From: an uncultured Bacteroidales bacterium
GTDB taxonomy: Bacteria > Bacteroidota > Bacteroidia > Bacteroidales > VadinHA17
Direction: 5' to 3'
DNA length: 64,000 nt
NCBI GenBank assembly: GCA_963746685.1
Contig: CAVVBY010000033.1
Coordinates: forward strand, 592,686-656,685
Shown here: positions 1 through 10,190 of the stretch, one piece after another
Layout of the letters: each line of letters begins with the position of its first letter
Position numbering within the stretch: the first letter of the stretch is position 1
Position numbers and translations under genes: made by a program
Notes under the pieces: model-generated
The model's database searches: none
What the model saw: only the letters and a program-made list of their open reading frames with translations
Told to the model about the DNA's origin: nothing

Positions 1-2018
1 CGCCGCATAATTCTATTGATTCTCCAAATCTTACAACCCTTACAGTATCACCGTATTTTTCCCCGAAAAGAGCCATGGCACCCATATCACGGGCTTCTTT
101 CATCGAAACACCTTCAGATACGTTTATATTGCTGCTTTCCCTTACCATCCTGTTTGCTATCTCTTCCACCTTCTTCAGTTCTTCTTTTGTAAGCTTGGTG
201 AAATGGCTGAAATCGAACCTGAGACGATCAGGAGTGACAAGTGATCCTTTCTGTTCAACATGTTTCCCGAGAACCGATCTTAATGCAAAGTGGATAAGAT
301 GCGTTGCAGTATGATTGTTTGCAGTCATCTGCCGTTTTTCGAGATCGATCACTGCATGAAACTGAGCAAGCGGATCGGTCAGTTTGCCATGGCTTACATG
401 TATGATGGCATTATTTTCCTTTACAGTATCGATGATCTCTATTTTCTCCTTGCCGGAAATCAGAAATCCTGTATCACCTACCTGACCGCCCGATTCAGCA
501 TAAAAGGGAGTCTTGTTCAGGATGATCTGCAGGCTCTCTTTTCCCTTGAATTTAATTTTACGGTACTTTGAAATCAGGACATCATCTTCCGTGTTAGTAT
601 AACCAGTGAACTTCGTCTCCGGTGTCTCCCTGACAATTGTCCAGTCCCCAGCCTCAACGGCTGCATCTTCCCTCGACCTGTTCTTCTGGTTCTTCATCTC
701 ATTCTCAAACCCGGCAATATCCGTCATCATGCCATTCTCCTTCAGAATAAGCTGTGTGAGGTCGACCGGAAATCCAAATGTATCATAGAGCTCAAATGCA
801 GCTTTGCCGGACAGGATATTACTGCCTTCATTTCTTGAGTTCTTCAATTTTCTTTTCAATAAGCTTTAATCCTTTTCCAAGGGTTTTCAGGAAAGAGGTT
901 TCCTCTTCAAGGATCACTTTCGTAATATGATCCTTTGCTGTCCTGAGCTCAGGATAAGTGTCACCCATAACATCGGCAAGTACAGGTACAAGCCGGTAAA
1001 GGAAAGGTTCTTCAGTCCCGAGGTTGTTATATCCATATCTGACAGCCCGGCGAAGGATCCTCCTGATCACATAACCTGCTTTATTATTTGAGGGCATCTG
1101 CCCGTCAGCAATTGAAAAGGCAATAGCTCTAAGGTGGTCGGCTATTACCCTTAAAGCAATATCCCAGTTTTCATTGACACCGTATTTTTTCCCGGTAATT
1201 TCAGAAATCTGGCTTATTATCGACTGAAAAATATCTGTATCGTAATTTGATTTCTTTCCCTGAACAACCATGCAGAGCCTTTCAAATCCCATTCCTGTAT
1301 CAACGTGCTTTGCCGGGAGCTGTTCGAGTTTTCCGTTTGAGAGCCTGTTATACTGGATGAAAACCAGGTTCCAGATCTCAATTACCTGAGGGTGACCTTT
1401 ATTCACCAGTTCATAACCCGGTACCTTTTTCCTTTCTGATTCATCCCTGATATCAACATGGATCTCTGAGCAGGGACCGCATGGTCCTGTTTCTCCCATT
1501 TCCCAGAAATTATCCTTTTTTGATCCTTCTAGTATCCTTCCTTCCGGATTTGTAAAACAGCTTTTCCAGCAATTGAATGCTTCATTATCGCGCGGAACAT
1601 TCTCTTCAGGGCTTCCTTCAAAAACAGTTGTATAGAGCCTGTCTTCAGGGATGCCAAGACGTTTAACCAGGAATTCCCATGCCCATTCAATTGCTTCTTT
1701 TTTAAAATAATCACCAAACGACCAGTTCCCAAGCATTTCGAACATTGTATGATGATAGGTATCATGACCCACTTCTTCAAGATCGTTATGCTTTCCTGAT
1801 ACCCTCAGGCATTTCTGTGAATTTGCAATTCTCCTGCTTACAGGAAGCTGGTTCCCGAGAAAAATATCCTTGAACTGGTTCATCCCTGCATTGGTGAACA
1901 TAAGAGTGGGATCATTCTTCATAACCATGGGTGCGGAAGGTACTATCAGATGCTCTTTTGAATGAAAAAAGTCAAAAAACAGCTTTCTTAACTCGTTTGC
2001 TTTTAATGTAAATAACAT
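1..2018 (-). CDS. alaS: Alanine--tRNA ligase (runs off the window start; frameshifted near 828 and below)
   Basis: ORF 828..2042 has [30 protein letters not shown] and DTGMGFERL motifs. The C-terminal part continues in other frames ([10 protein letters not shown] near 770-800; HVEQKGS and RLRFDF near 210-260). Confidence 0.96.
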
Positions 2019-2113
2019 ATTATTACACAATAAGTAACTCAAATTTGAGTTTGTAAAATTAATTTAATTGTTTTAGATTTGTCAATGTCAGTCATAAAAA
2101 ACCAGAGCAGTTG

Positions 2114-3080
2114 ATGTTCAAGCAGAAGTATTTTCTTGATTTGTCAGATCTTCAGTACAAAAAGGTAAGATTACCATGGAAGAGCAAGCTTATCCGCTTT
2201 GCTTTATGGTCTCTGGTCTGCTGTTGCCGTCAACTTTTATTTATTCAGCTGTTTTTAATGGCATGTTCGGTTCCCCCAAAGAAAAGGAATTAAGTCAGGA
2301 AATTGAGAACCTGAAGCTGAAGTACTCAATAATGGGAATGAATATCGATAACTCACTGAAAACCCTCGATGATCTTGAACTATCTGACGGAAACCGTTAC
2401 CGACCTGTTCTGGATATGGATTCCATTCCTGCCTCGATGCGTAATATGGGATCCGGAGGTGTAGAACAGGTATGAAGAGCTTGATGGTTATTACAATTCA
2501 GATCTGATGCTCTCATTCCGGAAAAAGGTGGATGAAATAAAGAACAGGAGCGACAATTCAGTTTGAATCATTTAAGGCCATTGAAGAAAAAAAGAATGAA
2601 TGGAAACGGGAAATGGAATATCTTCCCATGATAAGCCCGGTGAATGTTATTTACAGGCTGGGTGACGGGATGAAATTCAGAGAAAAACACCCGGTACTTG
2701 GAACTCCTCAATGGCATCACGGACAGGATTTCAGCACTCCTTACGGAACAGAAGTTTATGCAACAGGTTCCGGAAAGGTTATTGAAGCAGGATGGAACAG
2801 TGGATTTGGCAATTGCATTGTAATTGACCATGGATACGGCTATCGGTCGACTTATGGTCATCTCAGCAATATCAAGGTAACTGTCGGACTTAATGTAAAA
2901 CGGGGCGATCTGATTGGTCTCAGCGGAAGTACAGGAACTTCCTCCGGCCCGCACCTTCATTACCAGATTGACCTTTTCGGACAACATAAGAATCCTCTCT
3001 ATTATTTCAATAATGATCTTACTGAAGATGAGTATTTTGATATGATTCAAACACTCACCGCCCAGTCTAAATTCAGATAA
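2114..3080 (+). CDS. M23 family metallopeptidase (frameshifted; copy 1)
   Basis: ORFs 2111..2293, 2176..2475 and 2613..3080 join into TM + coiled coil + M23 domain (HHGQDF, YGHL, GPHLHY). Confidence 0.88.
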
Positions 3081-3157
3081 TAGTTCAGCTGATTATTTCA
3101 TGATTCAGAACCCTGATCCAATTTATCAGGTCGATTTCATTTCTATTATGAAATATT

Positions 3158-3165
3158 TATCTTTG
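3158..3165 (+). promoter_or_regulatory. Bacteroidota housekeeping promoter -7 box TATCTTTG
   Basis: Matches TAnnTTTG just upstream of the ATG at 3173. Similar boxes occur at 10150-10157(-), 13625-13632(-), 14704-14711(+), 30020-30027(+), 41082-41089(-), 55393-55400(+), 57356-57363(-) and 57448-57455(+). Confidence 0.65.
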
Positions 3166-3172
3166 CTGAATC

Positions 3173-4148
3173 ATGAAACATGTAAAGTACAAGTTTAACC
3201 CCGACTCACTAAGCTTTGACAAAATCCGTCTGGGAGTAAAAGCAATTTTGCTCAGGTTACTGGCATATTTAATAGGCTCAGATTATTATTGCAGTGGTGC
3301 TTAATTTCATGTATCGGATTATTTTTTGACACTCCCAAGGAAAAAGCCCTTAAACGTGAAATTGCACAGCTGACTCTCCAGTATGATTTGATTCACAGGG
3401 AAATGGGTAACCTTGAGACTGTGATTGAACATCTGCAGGAAACCGACGATAATCTTTACAGAACAATTTTCGGTGCTGAACCGATTCAGGCGACTCAGCG
3501 GCAGGTCAGGTATCGGAGGGGTCAACCGTTATAACGAACTTGAGGGATTTAATAATTCAAGACTTGTCATCGAAACTGTAAAGAAACTCGATGTTATAAG
3601 AAAAAAGGTTTATGTTCAGTCAAAATCGTTCGATGAACTTATATTGCTTGGCAAGGGAAAAGGAAGAAATGCTGAGATCAATTCCTGCAATCATTCCGAT
3701 TTCAACAAAAGATCTTACAAGAATTGCATCAGGGTTTGGACTAAGGATCCATCCGGTTTATAAAATAAGCAAGTTTCATGCAGGAATGGATTTTACGGCA
3801 CCTCTTGGAACGGAGGTATATGCATCGGGTGACGGGACCATTGAATCTGTTTTATCGAGCAAGAGGGGCATGGGTAACTATATAATTATAAATCATGGTT
3901 TCGGCTATTCATCAATATATGCTCATCTTGAAAGCTTTAATGTGAAAGCAGGACAGAAGGTTCACAGGGGTGATGTTATCGGATATGTTGGAAATACCGG
4001 GATGTCGGTCGCTCCGCACCTGCACTATGAGATCAAGCTTAATGGAGTAAATGTCGATCCGGTAAATTATTTCTTTAATGATCTTACACCAGCAGAATAT
4101 GAAAAAATGATTGAGATTGCCTCGAAAACAGGTCAATCATTTGACTAA
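3173..4148 (+). CDS. M23 family metallopeptidase (frameshifted; copy 2)
   Basis: Starts MKHVKYKFNPDSLSF at 3173; fragments 3289..3534, 3425..3763 and 3612..4148; FHAGMDF, YAHL and APHLHYE motifs. Confidence 0.9.
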
Positions 4149-4161
4149 TATTAAAGACAAC

Positions 4162-4497
4162 ATGCCATATAGAGAAAAGAAAATTGAAAAGCTCTACTAT
4201 TCTATTGGGGAGGTCTCAAAAATGCTTGACGTCCCCGTATCCACTGTAAGGTTCTGGGAGAACGAGTTTGACATTCTGAAACCAATGAAGAACAAGAAGG
4301 GGAACAGGATGTTTACAGCAACAGACGTAAAGAATCTTGCGATCATACACCGTCTTTTAAAGGAAGAAGGGATGACAATGGCTGGTGTGAAAAAGAAACT
4401 TACCGGGCGTTGGGATGAGGCTGACCATATATTTGAGATCAACGAATCGCTTCAAAAAATAAAAGACCTCCTCCTTGATTTAAGAGATAATATTTAG
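4162..4497 (+). CDS. MerR family transcriptional regulator
   Basis: KLYYSIGEVS...VRFWENEF...KGNRMF HTH signature; conserved position after M23 in Bacteroidota. Confidence 0.9.
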   Translation: MPYREKKIEKLYYSIGEVSKMLDVPVSTVRFWENEFDILKPMKNKKGNRMFTATDVKNLAIIHRLLKEEGMTMAGVKKKLTGRWDEADHIFEINESLQKIKDLLLDLRDNI

Positions 4498-4498
4498 C

Positions 4499-5593
4499 AT
4501 GAAGGTATCAGAACTTTGTTCTTATCTTGATTCGGCAATTCCCTTGTCATTTCAGGAAGAATACGACAACTCCGGACTTCAGGTTGGGCTGCCTGATAAA
4601 GAAATTGCTTCAGCACTGATAACACTTGATATTACCGAAAAGGTAATTGATGAGGCCATTCAAAAAGGATGTGGCATTGTAATTTCCCATCATCCCCTCA
4701 TTTTCGGCGGCATAAAGACAATAACTGGAAGATCTCCTGCCGACAGGATCCTTATCAAAGCAATTAAAAATGACATTGCTGTTTACTCCTCACATACCAA
4801 TCTGGATATGATGAGCGATGGAGTGAGCAAGAAAATGGCACAAAAACTCGGATTGCAGTATATAAAAGTCCTGTTGCCTTTGAAAGATAAGCTGATCAAG
4901 CTGGTGACTTTTATCCCGGAGGATCATCTTGAAAAGGTCAGGGAAGCGGTTTTTAACGCAGGCGCAGGTTTTATTGGCAATTATGACCGCTGCGGATTCA
5001 CTGTTTCAGGCACCGGCAGTTTCAGGGCAGGTGAAAGTACTAATCCTTTTACAGGTGAGAAAGGAAAGGAACATTTCGAGAAGGAGGTGAGATTTGAGAC
5101 TATACTCTTTTCGCATCTAAAGGAAAAGGTAGTAAATGCACTTCTTGATACTCATCCTTATGAGGAAGTTGCCTATGATATTTATTCGCTTGAGAATGAC
5201 AATATTGATTATGGACTTGGTTGTACAGGGTATCTTGACGAACCTTTAAGCGAGAATGGTTTTCTGAGCTTTGTTTCGTCAGTGTTTGAGGCGCGTGGAA
5301 TGAGGCACTCCGGTCTGACAGGTAAGATGGTTAAGAAGATCGCCCTTTGCGGTGGCTCAGGAGCATCACTTTTAAATAATGCTGTTTCAGCGCGGGCAGA
5401 TGCATATGTAACAGGCGATATTAAATATCATACCTGGTTTGAAGCTGATGACAGGATTTTACTTGTCGATTGCGGACATTTTGAAACTGAAAAATTTTCA
5501 ACTGAAATATTACACGACCTTATTGTCAAAAAATTCCCTAAATTTGCAGTCCGGTTTTCAGAAACAAATACCAATCCGATAAATTATCGATAA
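4499..5593 (+). CDS. Nif3-like dinuclear metal center hexameric protein (with PII-like insert)
   Basis: DNSGLQVG, HHPLIF, HTNLD, HPYEEVAYD, GDIKYH and GHFETE motifs. Confidence 0.93.
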   Translation: MKVSELCSYLDSAIPLSFQEEYDNSGLQVGLPDKEIASALITLDITEKVIDEAIQKGCGIVISHHPLIFGGIKTITGRSPADRILIKAIKNDIAVYSSHTNLDMMSDGVSKKMAQKLGLQYIKVLLPLKDKLIKLVTFIPEDHLEKVREAVFNAGAGFIGNYDRCGFTVSGTGSFRAGESTNPFTGEKGKEHFEKEVRFETILFSHLKEKVVNALLDTHPYEEVAYDIYSLENDNIDYGLGCTGYLDEPLSENGFLSFVSSVFEARGMRHSGLTGKMVKKIALCGGSGASLLNNAVSARADAYVTGDIKYHTWFEADDRILLVDCGHFETEKFSTEILHDLIVKKFPKFAVRFSETNTNPINYR

Positions 5594-5594
5594 A

Positions 5595-6359
5595 ATGGAA
5601 AAAGTAAAAACACATGAAGCTGAGATATCAGTAGAGGATAGGCTAAGAGCACTGTATGGTCTGCAACTGGTGGATTCAGAAATAGACAAGATAAAGACAC
5701 TAAGGGGTGAGCTTCCGCTTGAGGTACAGGACCTTGAAGATGAGATTGCAGGACTCGAGACAAGGCTGGGCAACCTGAGGGAAGAGGTTGTGAGCCTTGA
5801 TAAAGCAGTTTCAAAAAAGAACAATGAAATTACCGAAGCTGAAGCACTTATAAAGAAATATGAGGAACAGCAAAAAAATGTACGGAATAACCGTGAGTTT
5901 GATTCTCTTTCAAAAGAAATTGAATTTCAGAATCTTGAGATCGAGCTTTTCAATAAAAAGATCAAAGAGTTTGCCGTCCAGATAGAAGAAAAGAAAGTGG
6001 TGATTGCTGATTCGGAAGCAACACTTGCTGACCGCCAGTCAGACCTGGAAAATAAGAAGGCCGAACTCGATGAGATCATTTCAGACACCCAGAAGGAAGA
6101 GGAGGGTCTGTACAAAAAATCTGAAAAAATTCAGGCAGTGATAGAGGAGAGGTTGCTGACCGCCTATAAAAGGATAAGGTCAAATGCAAGGAACGGATTG
6201 GCTGTGGTGCCTGTTCAACGTGATGCATGTGGAGGCTGTTTTAACCAGATACCTCCTCAGAGGCAACTGGATATCAGGTCGCGAAAGAAAATTATAGTAT
6301 GCGAATACTGCGGCCGGATACTTGTTGATGATGAGATCATAAGTGAGAGCCATCTGTAG
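5595..6359 (+). CDS. Coiled-coil protein with C-terminal C4-type zinc ribbon
   Basis: Long coiled coil followed by CGGC...CEYCGRIL; operonic with Nif3. Confidence 0.9.
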   Translation: MEKVKTHEAEISVEDRLRALYGLQLVDSEIDKIKTLRGELPLEVQDLEDEIAGLETRLGNLREEVVSLDKAVSKKNNEITEAEALIKKYEEQQKNVRNNREFDSLSKEIEFQNLEIELFNKKIKEFAVQIEEKKVVIADSEATLADRQSDLENKKAELDEIISDTQKEEEGLYKKSEKIQAVIEERLLTAYKRIRSNARNGLAVVPVQRDACGGCFNQIPPQRQLDIRSRKKIIVCEYCGRILVDDEIISESHL

Positions 6360-6383
6360 GATGAAATAGAATAAAAAGATAAA

Positions 6384-6410
6384 GGGCCACCTCACAAGGG
6401 TGGTTTTTTT
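6384..6410 (+). terminator. Intrinsic terminator
   Basis: GCCACC...GGTGGT stem followed by a T run, after the zinc-ribbon gene. Confidence 0.6.
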
Positions 6411-6447
6411 ATTCCTAATTTTACATTCGTAATCCATCTATACTCCT

Positions 6448-8463
6448 ATGACTACTTCTAAATTTCAAAACATGATCTCAGAGGGAATCCCGGAAACATT
6501 ACCTGAACCAAAACCATATGATCAGAACATCAATCATGCTCCTAAAAGAAAAGATATTCTTACCCCTGAAGAAAAAAAACTTGCAATTAAGAACGCATTC
6601 CGATATTTCCCGGTCCATTTTCACAGAACCCTGGCAGGTGAATTTGCCAGAGAGCTTCATGATTTCGGAAGGATCTATATGTACAGGTTCAGGCCTGAAT
6701 ATGAGATAAAAGCGAGGCATATTAATGATTTTCCCCACAGGTCAGGACATGCAGCTGCAATAATGCTGATGATCTCCAATAATCTTGATGAAAAGGTAGC
6801 CCAGCACCCGCATGAACTGATAACGTACGGGGGTAATGGAGCCGTATTCCAGAACTGGGCGCAGTACCGTCTGACCATGAGGTACCTTTCAGAGATGACA
6901 GATGAACAAACTCTGGTTGTCAGTTCAGGCCATCCGCTGGGCCTTTTCCCCTCACACAAGGATTCACCGAGAGTAGTTGTGACTAATGGAATGGTAGTCC
7001 CTAATTATTCATCCCAGGATCACTGGGAGAGATTCAACGCACTGGGCGTTTCACAGTACGGACAGATGACTGCAGGTTCATATATGTATATCGGTCCGCA
7101 GGGAATTGTCCACGGCACAACAATAACAATACTCAATGCATGCCGCAAGATTGAAGCTGATAAGGGTCATAAAGAATTGAAGCTGTTCGTTTCATCAGGA
7201 CTTGGAGGCATGTCAGGTGCCCAGCCCAAAGCTGCCGGAATTGCAGGTGTAATTTCCGTGATAGCTGAGGTGAATCCCAAAGCCGTCAGTAAACGGTTTT
7301 CTCAGGGTTGGGTTGATGAGGTTATTTCTGATATGGATAAGCTTATCAGCAGAGTGCTCGAAGCTAAAAAGGAAAACAGGGTTGTTTCCATTGCATTCAA
7401 CGGGAATATCGTTGACCTGTGGGAGCAGTTTGCCAGAAATAACATTAAGGTTGATATCGGATCGGACCAGACTTCACTGCATAATCCATGGGCAGGGGGT
7501 TATTACCCTGCAGGGATCTCATTTGAAGAATCAAACCTGATGATCTCCTCTGATCCTGAAAGGTTCAGGGAACTTGTCAGGCAATCTTTGAGAAGGCAGG
7601 TGAATGCAATTAATCGGCATTGTGAAAGGGGAACCTATTTCTTCGATTATGGAAATGCATTTCTTCTCGAAGCATCGAGGGCAGGTGCTAATATTCTGAA
7701 TTCATCAGGAGAGTTCAGATATCCTTCCTATGTTGAGGATATTATGGGTCCGATGTGCTTTGATTACGGCTTCGGGCCATTCAGGTGGGTTTGCTGCTCA
7801 AATGATCCAGCCGATCTTGAAATAACTGACAGGATCGCCTCTGAAACCCTTGAGAAAATATTGATAAGTTCCCCGCATGAGATAAGACAACAGATGTCTG
7901 ATAATATCCGCTGGATTAAAGAAGCTGATAAAAACAGGCTGGTAGTAGGTTCGCAGGCAAGAATTCTGTACGCTGATGCTGAAGGAAGAATAGAAATAGC
8001 CAAAGCATTTAATTTCGCTGTCGAACATGGAATTATTTCAGCTCCTGTCGTAATAGGAAGAGATCATCACGATGTTTCAGGTACCGATTCGCCTTTCAGG
8101 GAGACCTCCAATATAAGGGACGGTTCAAAATTCACGGCCGACATGGCAGTTCAGAATGTCATTGGTGATGCATTCCGGGGAGCAACATGGGTTTCGCTGC
8201 ATAATGGGGGTGGAGTCGGATGGGGAGAGGTGATAAATGGTGGATTCGGGATGGTGCTTGACGGATCGAAGGATGCGGAGAGCAAGCTAAGAATGATGCT
8301 TCACTGGGATGTAAACAATGGCATCGCCAGAAGAAGCTGGGCAAGAAACGAAGGTGCGATGTTTACACTCGAAAGAGAGATGAAGAGAACTCCCGGGCTG
8401 AAAGTTACAGTTCCTTATATTGCTGACGACAAGCTTATTGACGAAGCAATAAAAACGGTATGA
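6448..8463 (+). CDS. hutU: Urocanate hydratase (long form)
   Basis: GQMTAGSYMYIGPQGIVHGT, GLGGMSGAQPKA, SDQTSLHN, GRDHHDVSGTDSPFRET and HNGGGVGWG motifs. Confidence 0.96.
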   Translation: MTTSKFQNMISEGIPETLPEPKPYDQNINHAPKRKDILTPEEKKLAIKNAFRYFPVHFHRTLAGEFARELHDFGRIYMYRFRPEYEIKARHINDFPHRSGHAAAIMLMISNNLDEKVAQHPHELITYGGNGAVFQNWAQYRLTMRYLSEMTDEQTLVVSSGHPLGLFPSHKDSPRVVVTNGMVVPNYSSQDHWERFNALGVSQYGQMTAGSYMYIGPQGIVHGTTITILNACRKIEADKGHKELKLFVSSGLGGMSGAQPKAAGIAGVISVIAEVNPKAVSKRFSQGWVDEVISDMDKLISRVLEAKKENRVVSIAFNGNIVDLWEQFARNNIKVDIGSDQTSLHNPWAGGYYPAGISFEESNLMISSDPERFRELVRQSLRRQVNAINRHCERGTYFFDYGNAFLLEASRAGANILNSSGEFRYPSYVEDIMGPMCFDYGFGPFRWVCCSNDPADLEITDRIASETLEKILISSPHEIRQQMSDNIRWIKEADKNRLVVGSQARILYADAEGRIEIAKAFNFAVEHGIISAPVVIGRDHHDVSGTDSPFRETSNIRDGSKFTADMAVQNVIGDAFRGATWVSLHNGGGVGWGEVINGGFGMVLDGSKDAESKLRMMLHWDVNNGIARRSWARNEGAMFTLEREMKRTPGLKVTVPYIADDKLIDEAIKTV

Positions 8464-8488
8464 GGTACGGGTGCGTGGTCGAGGTAAT

Positions 8489-8967
8489 TTATTTGTTAAT
8501 AAGAACAACAGCAAAGGCTACAACTCCCTCTTCTCTGCCAGTGAAGCCGAGCTTTTCGGTGGTGGTTGCTTTTATGGAAATGTTTTCGGGGGTTGTTTCC
8601 AGTATGGCTGAAATAATATTCTTCATTTCACGATGAATATGACGCTATTTTAGGTTTTTCAAGGCATACAGTGCAGTCAATATTGATAACGCTGTATCCT
8701 TTTTCCCTGATCAAGGCCATAAGTTCTTTTTAGCAGGATTTTGCTGTCGATCTTTTTAAATTCCGGATCAGAATCCGGGAAATGATAACCAATATCCCTT
8801 AATCCGGCAGCTCCCAGAAGAGCATCACAAACAGCATGAAGAAGAACATCACCGTCAGAATATGCAACACATCCGCGTTCAGACGGGATCATGACTCCTC
8901 CCAGCCATAGGTCAAGACCTGGTTCAAGACGGTGAAAATCAATTCCCTGTCCTATTCTGATATTCAT
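8489..8967 (-). CDS. ispF: 2-C-methyl-D-erythritol 2,4-cyclodiphosphate synthase (frameshifted)
   Basis: [33 protein letters not shown]; the C-terminal [12 protein letters not shown] segment is in another frame, with a stop at 8489-8491. Confidence 0.93.
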
Positions 8968-10122
8968 TGTGATATACCGTTCTTCTTAAGTGCATTAATG
9001 TCGAATGCAAGTGAGAAACGGAGTGTTCTTGCGAGAGGATGATTTGAAACGGTGGGCATCAGGTATGAGAAATCAATGTTGAAGCCCTTGAGCTTGAATC
9101 CTGCTCCGGCGGTAAAATATTTTCTGTTGCCTTTGCTTTCATTTTCATGAAAATATCCGGCTCTTAATGCAAACTGGTTGTTGTACCAGTATTCCAGACC
9201 TATTGAAGAGGTTATCTCATCGATCTCTTCCTTAAAGCCGCCAGGTGCATCATAAAATGACTGGAATATTGCAACAGGAACCGAAACATTCGGATTTTTA
9301 CCGGCTATTATTTCCATATCGTTATTATAGATAGGAGGAGTAGGGACCAGAAGCTTGTTAAAATCAATTGCAAGAGTGAGCTTATTGAAATTATCGAGTT
9401 TAATAGTTCCTGCTGTACCAAGCCTCATGTTCATTGGGATGAAATCAGAGGTCTGTCCGTCGGAGTAACTCATTTTTGATCCGATATTGGAGAAGTTGAG
9501 TCCGAAAGCCAGCTCGCCATCTTTGCTGAACATTGTAACATCTTTTCTGTAATAACCTGAAATATCTGCAGCAAATGATATTCCCGGTTTTGTAGCATCA
9601 CCTCCCGAATATGATCCGCCGGTGAGATTTGAATAGATAAATCTGAAGGCAATCCCTCCGGAGAAGTTTTCAGCAAAAATTCTTGAATAACCCAGATCAA
9701 AAGCCAGTTCATTTGGTTTAAAAGTCCGTTCAAGATTACCGAAGTCATCAGTGAAAGGAACATCTCCAAGTGAGGAATATAAAAGGCTTCCGCTTGCAAC
9801 CTGTTTTTCGTCAATCCTGTAGTATCCTGTTAAATATGCAATATTGATATCAGGAACAAGGTTCCTTAACCAGGGTGAATATGAAATTCCAACACCCGCT
9901 TTCCCGTCAATAAAAGCAAATTTTGCAGGATTCCAGTGCTGACTATAAGTGTCGGGGGTTGTTGCCACACCGGCATCGCCCATTGCACCTGACCTTGAAT
10001 CGGGTGCTATAGACAAGAAACGGAACCACTGTCTGAATAGCATTCAGTTCCTGTGAATACACCTTTACGGTACAGGCAAATAGCAATAAGAATAATATAA
10101 CTGGAGTAATTTTTTTCTTCAT
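8964..10122 (-). CDS. porV: Type IX secretion outer-membrane shuttle PorV (frameshift near 10020)
   Basis: Signal peptide [11 protein letters not shown], then [32 protein letters not shown] and TLRFSL; lies between porU and ispF. Confidence 0.92.
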
Positions 10123-10190
10123 ACTGATTATATCTTTTTTAAGATTTCGCAAATATAGAACAAATATTTTGGTGACTTATTGTGTACCTG

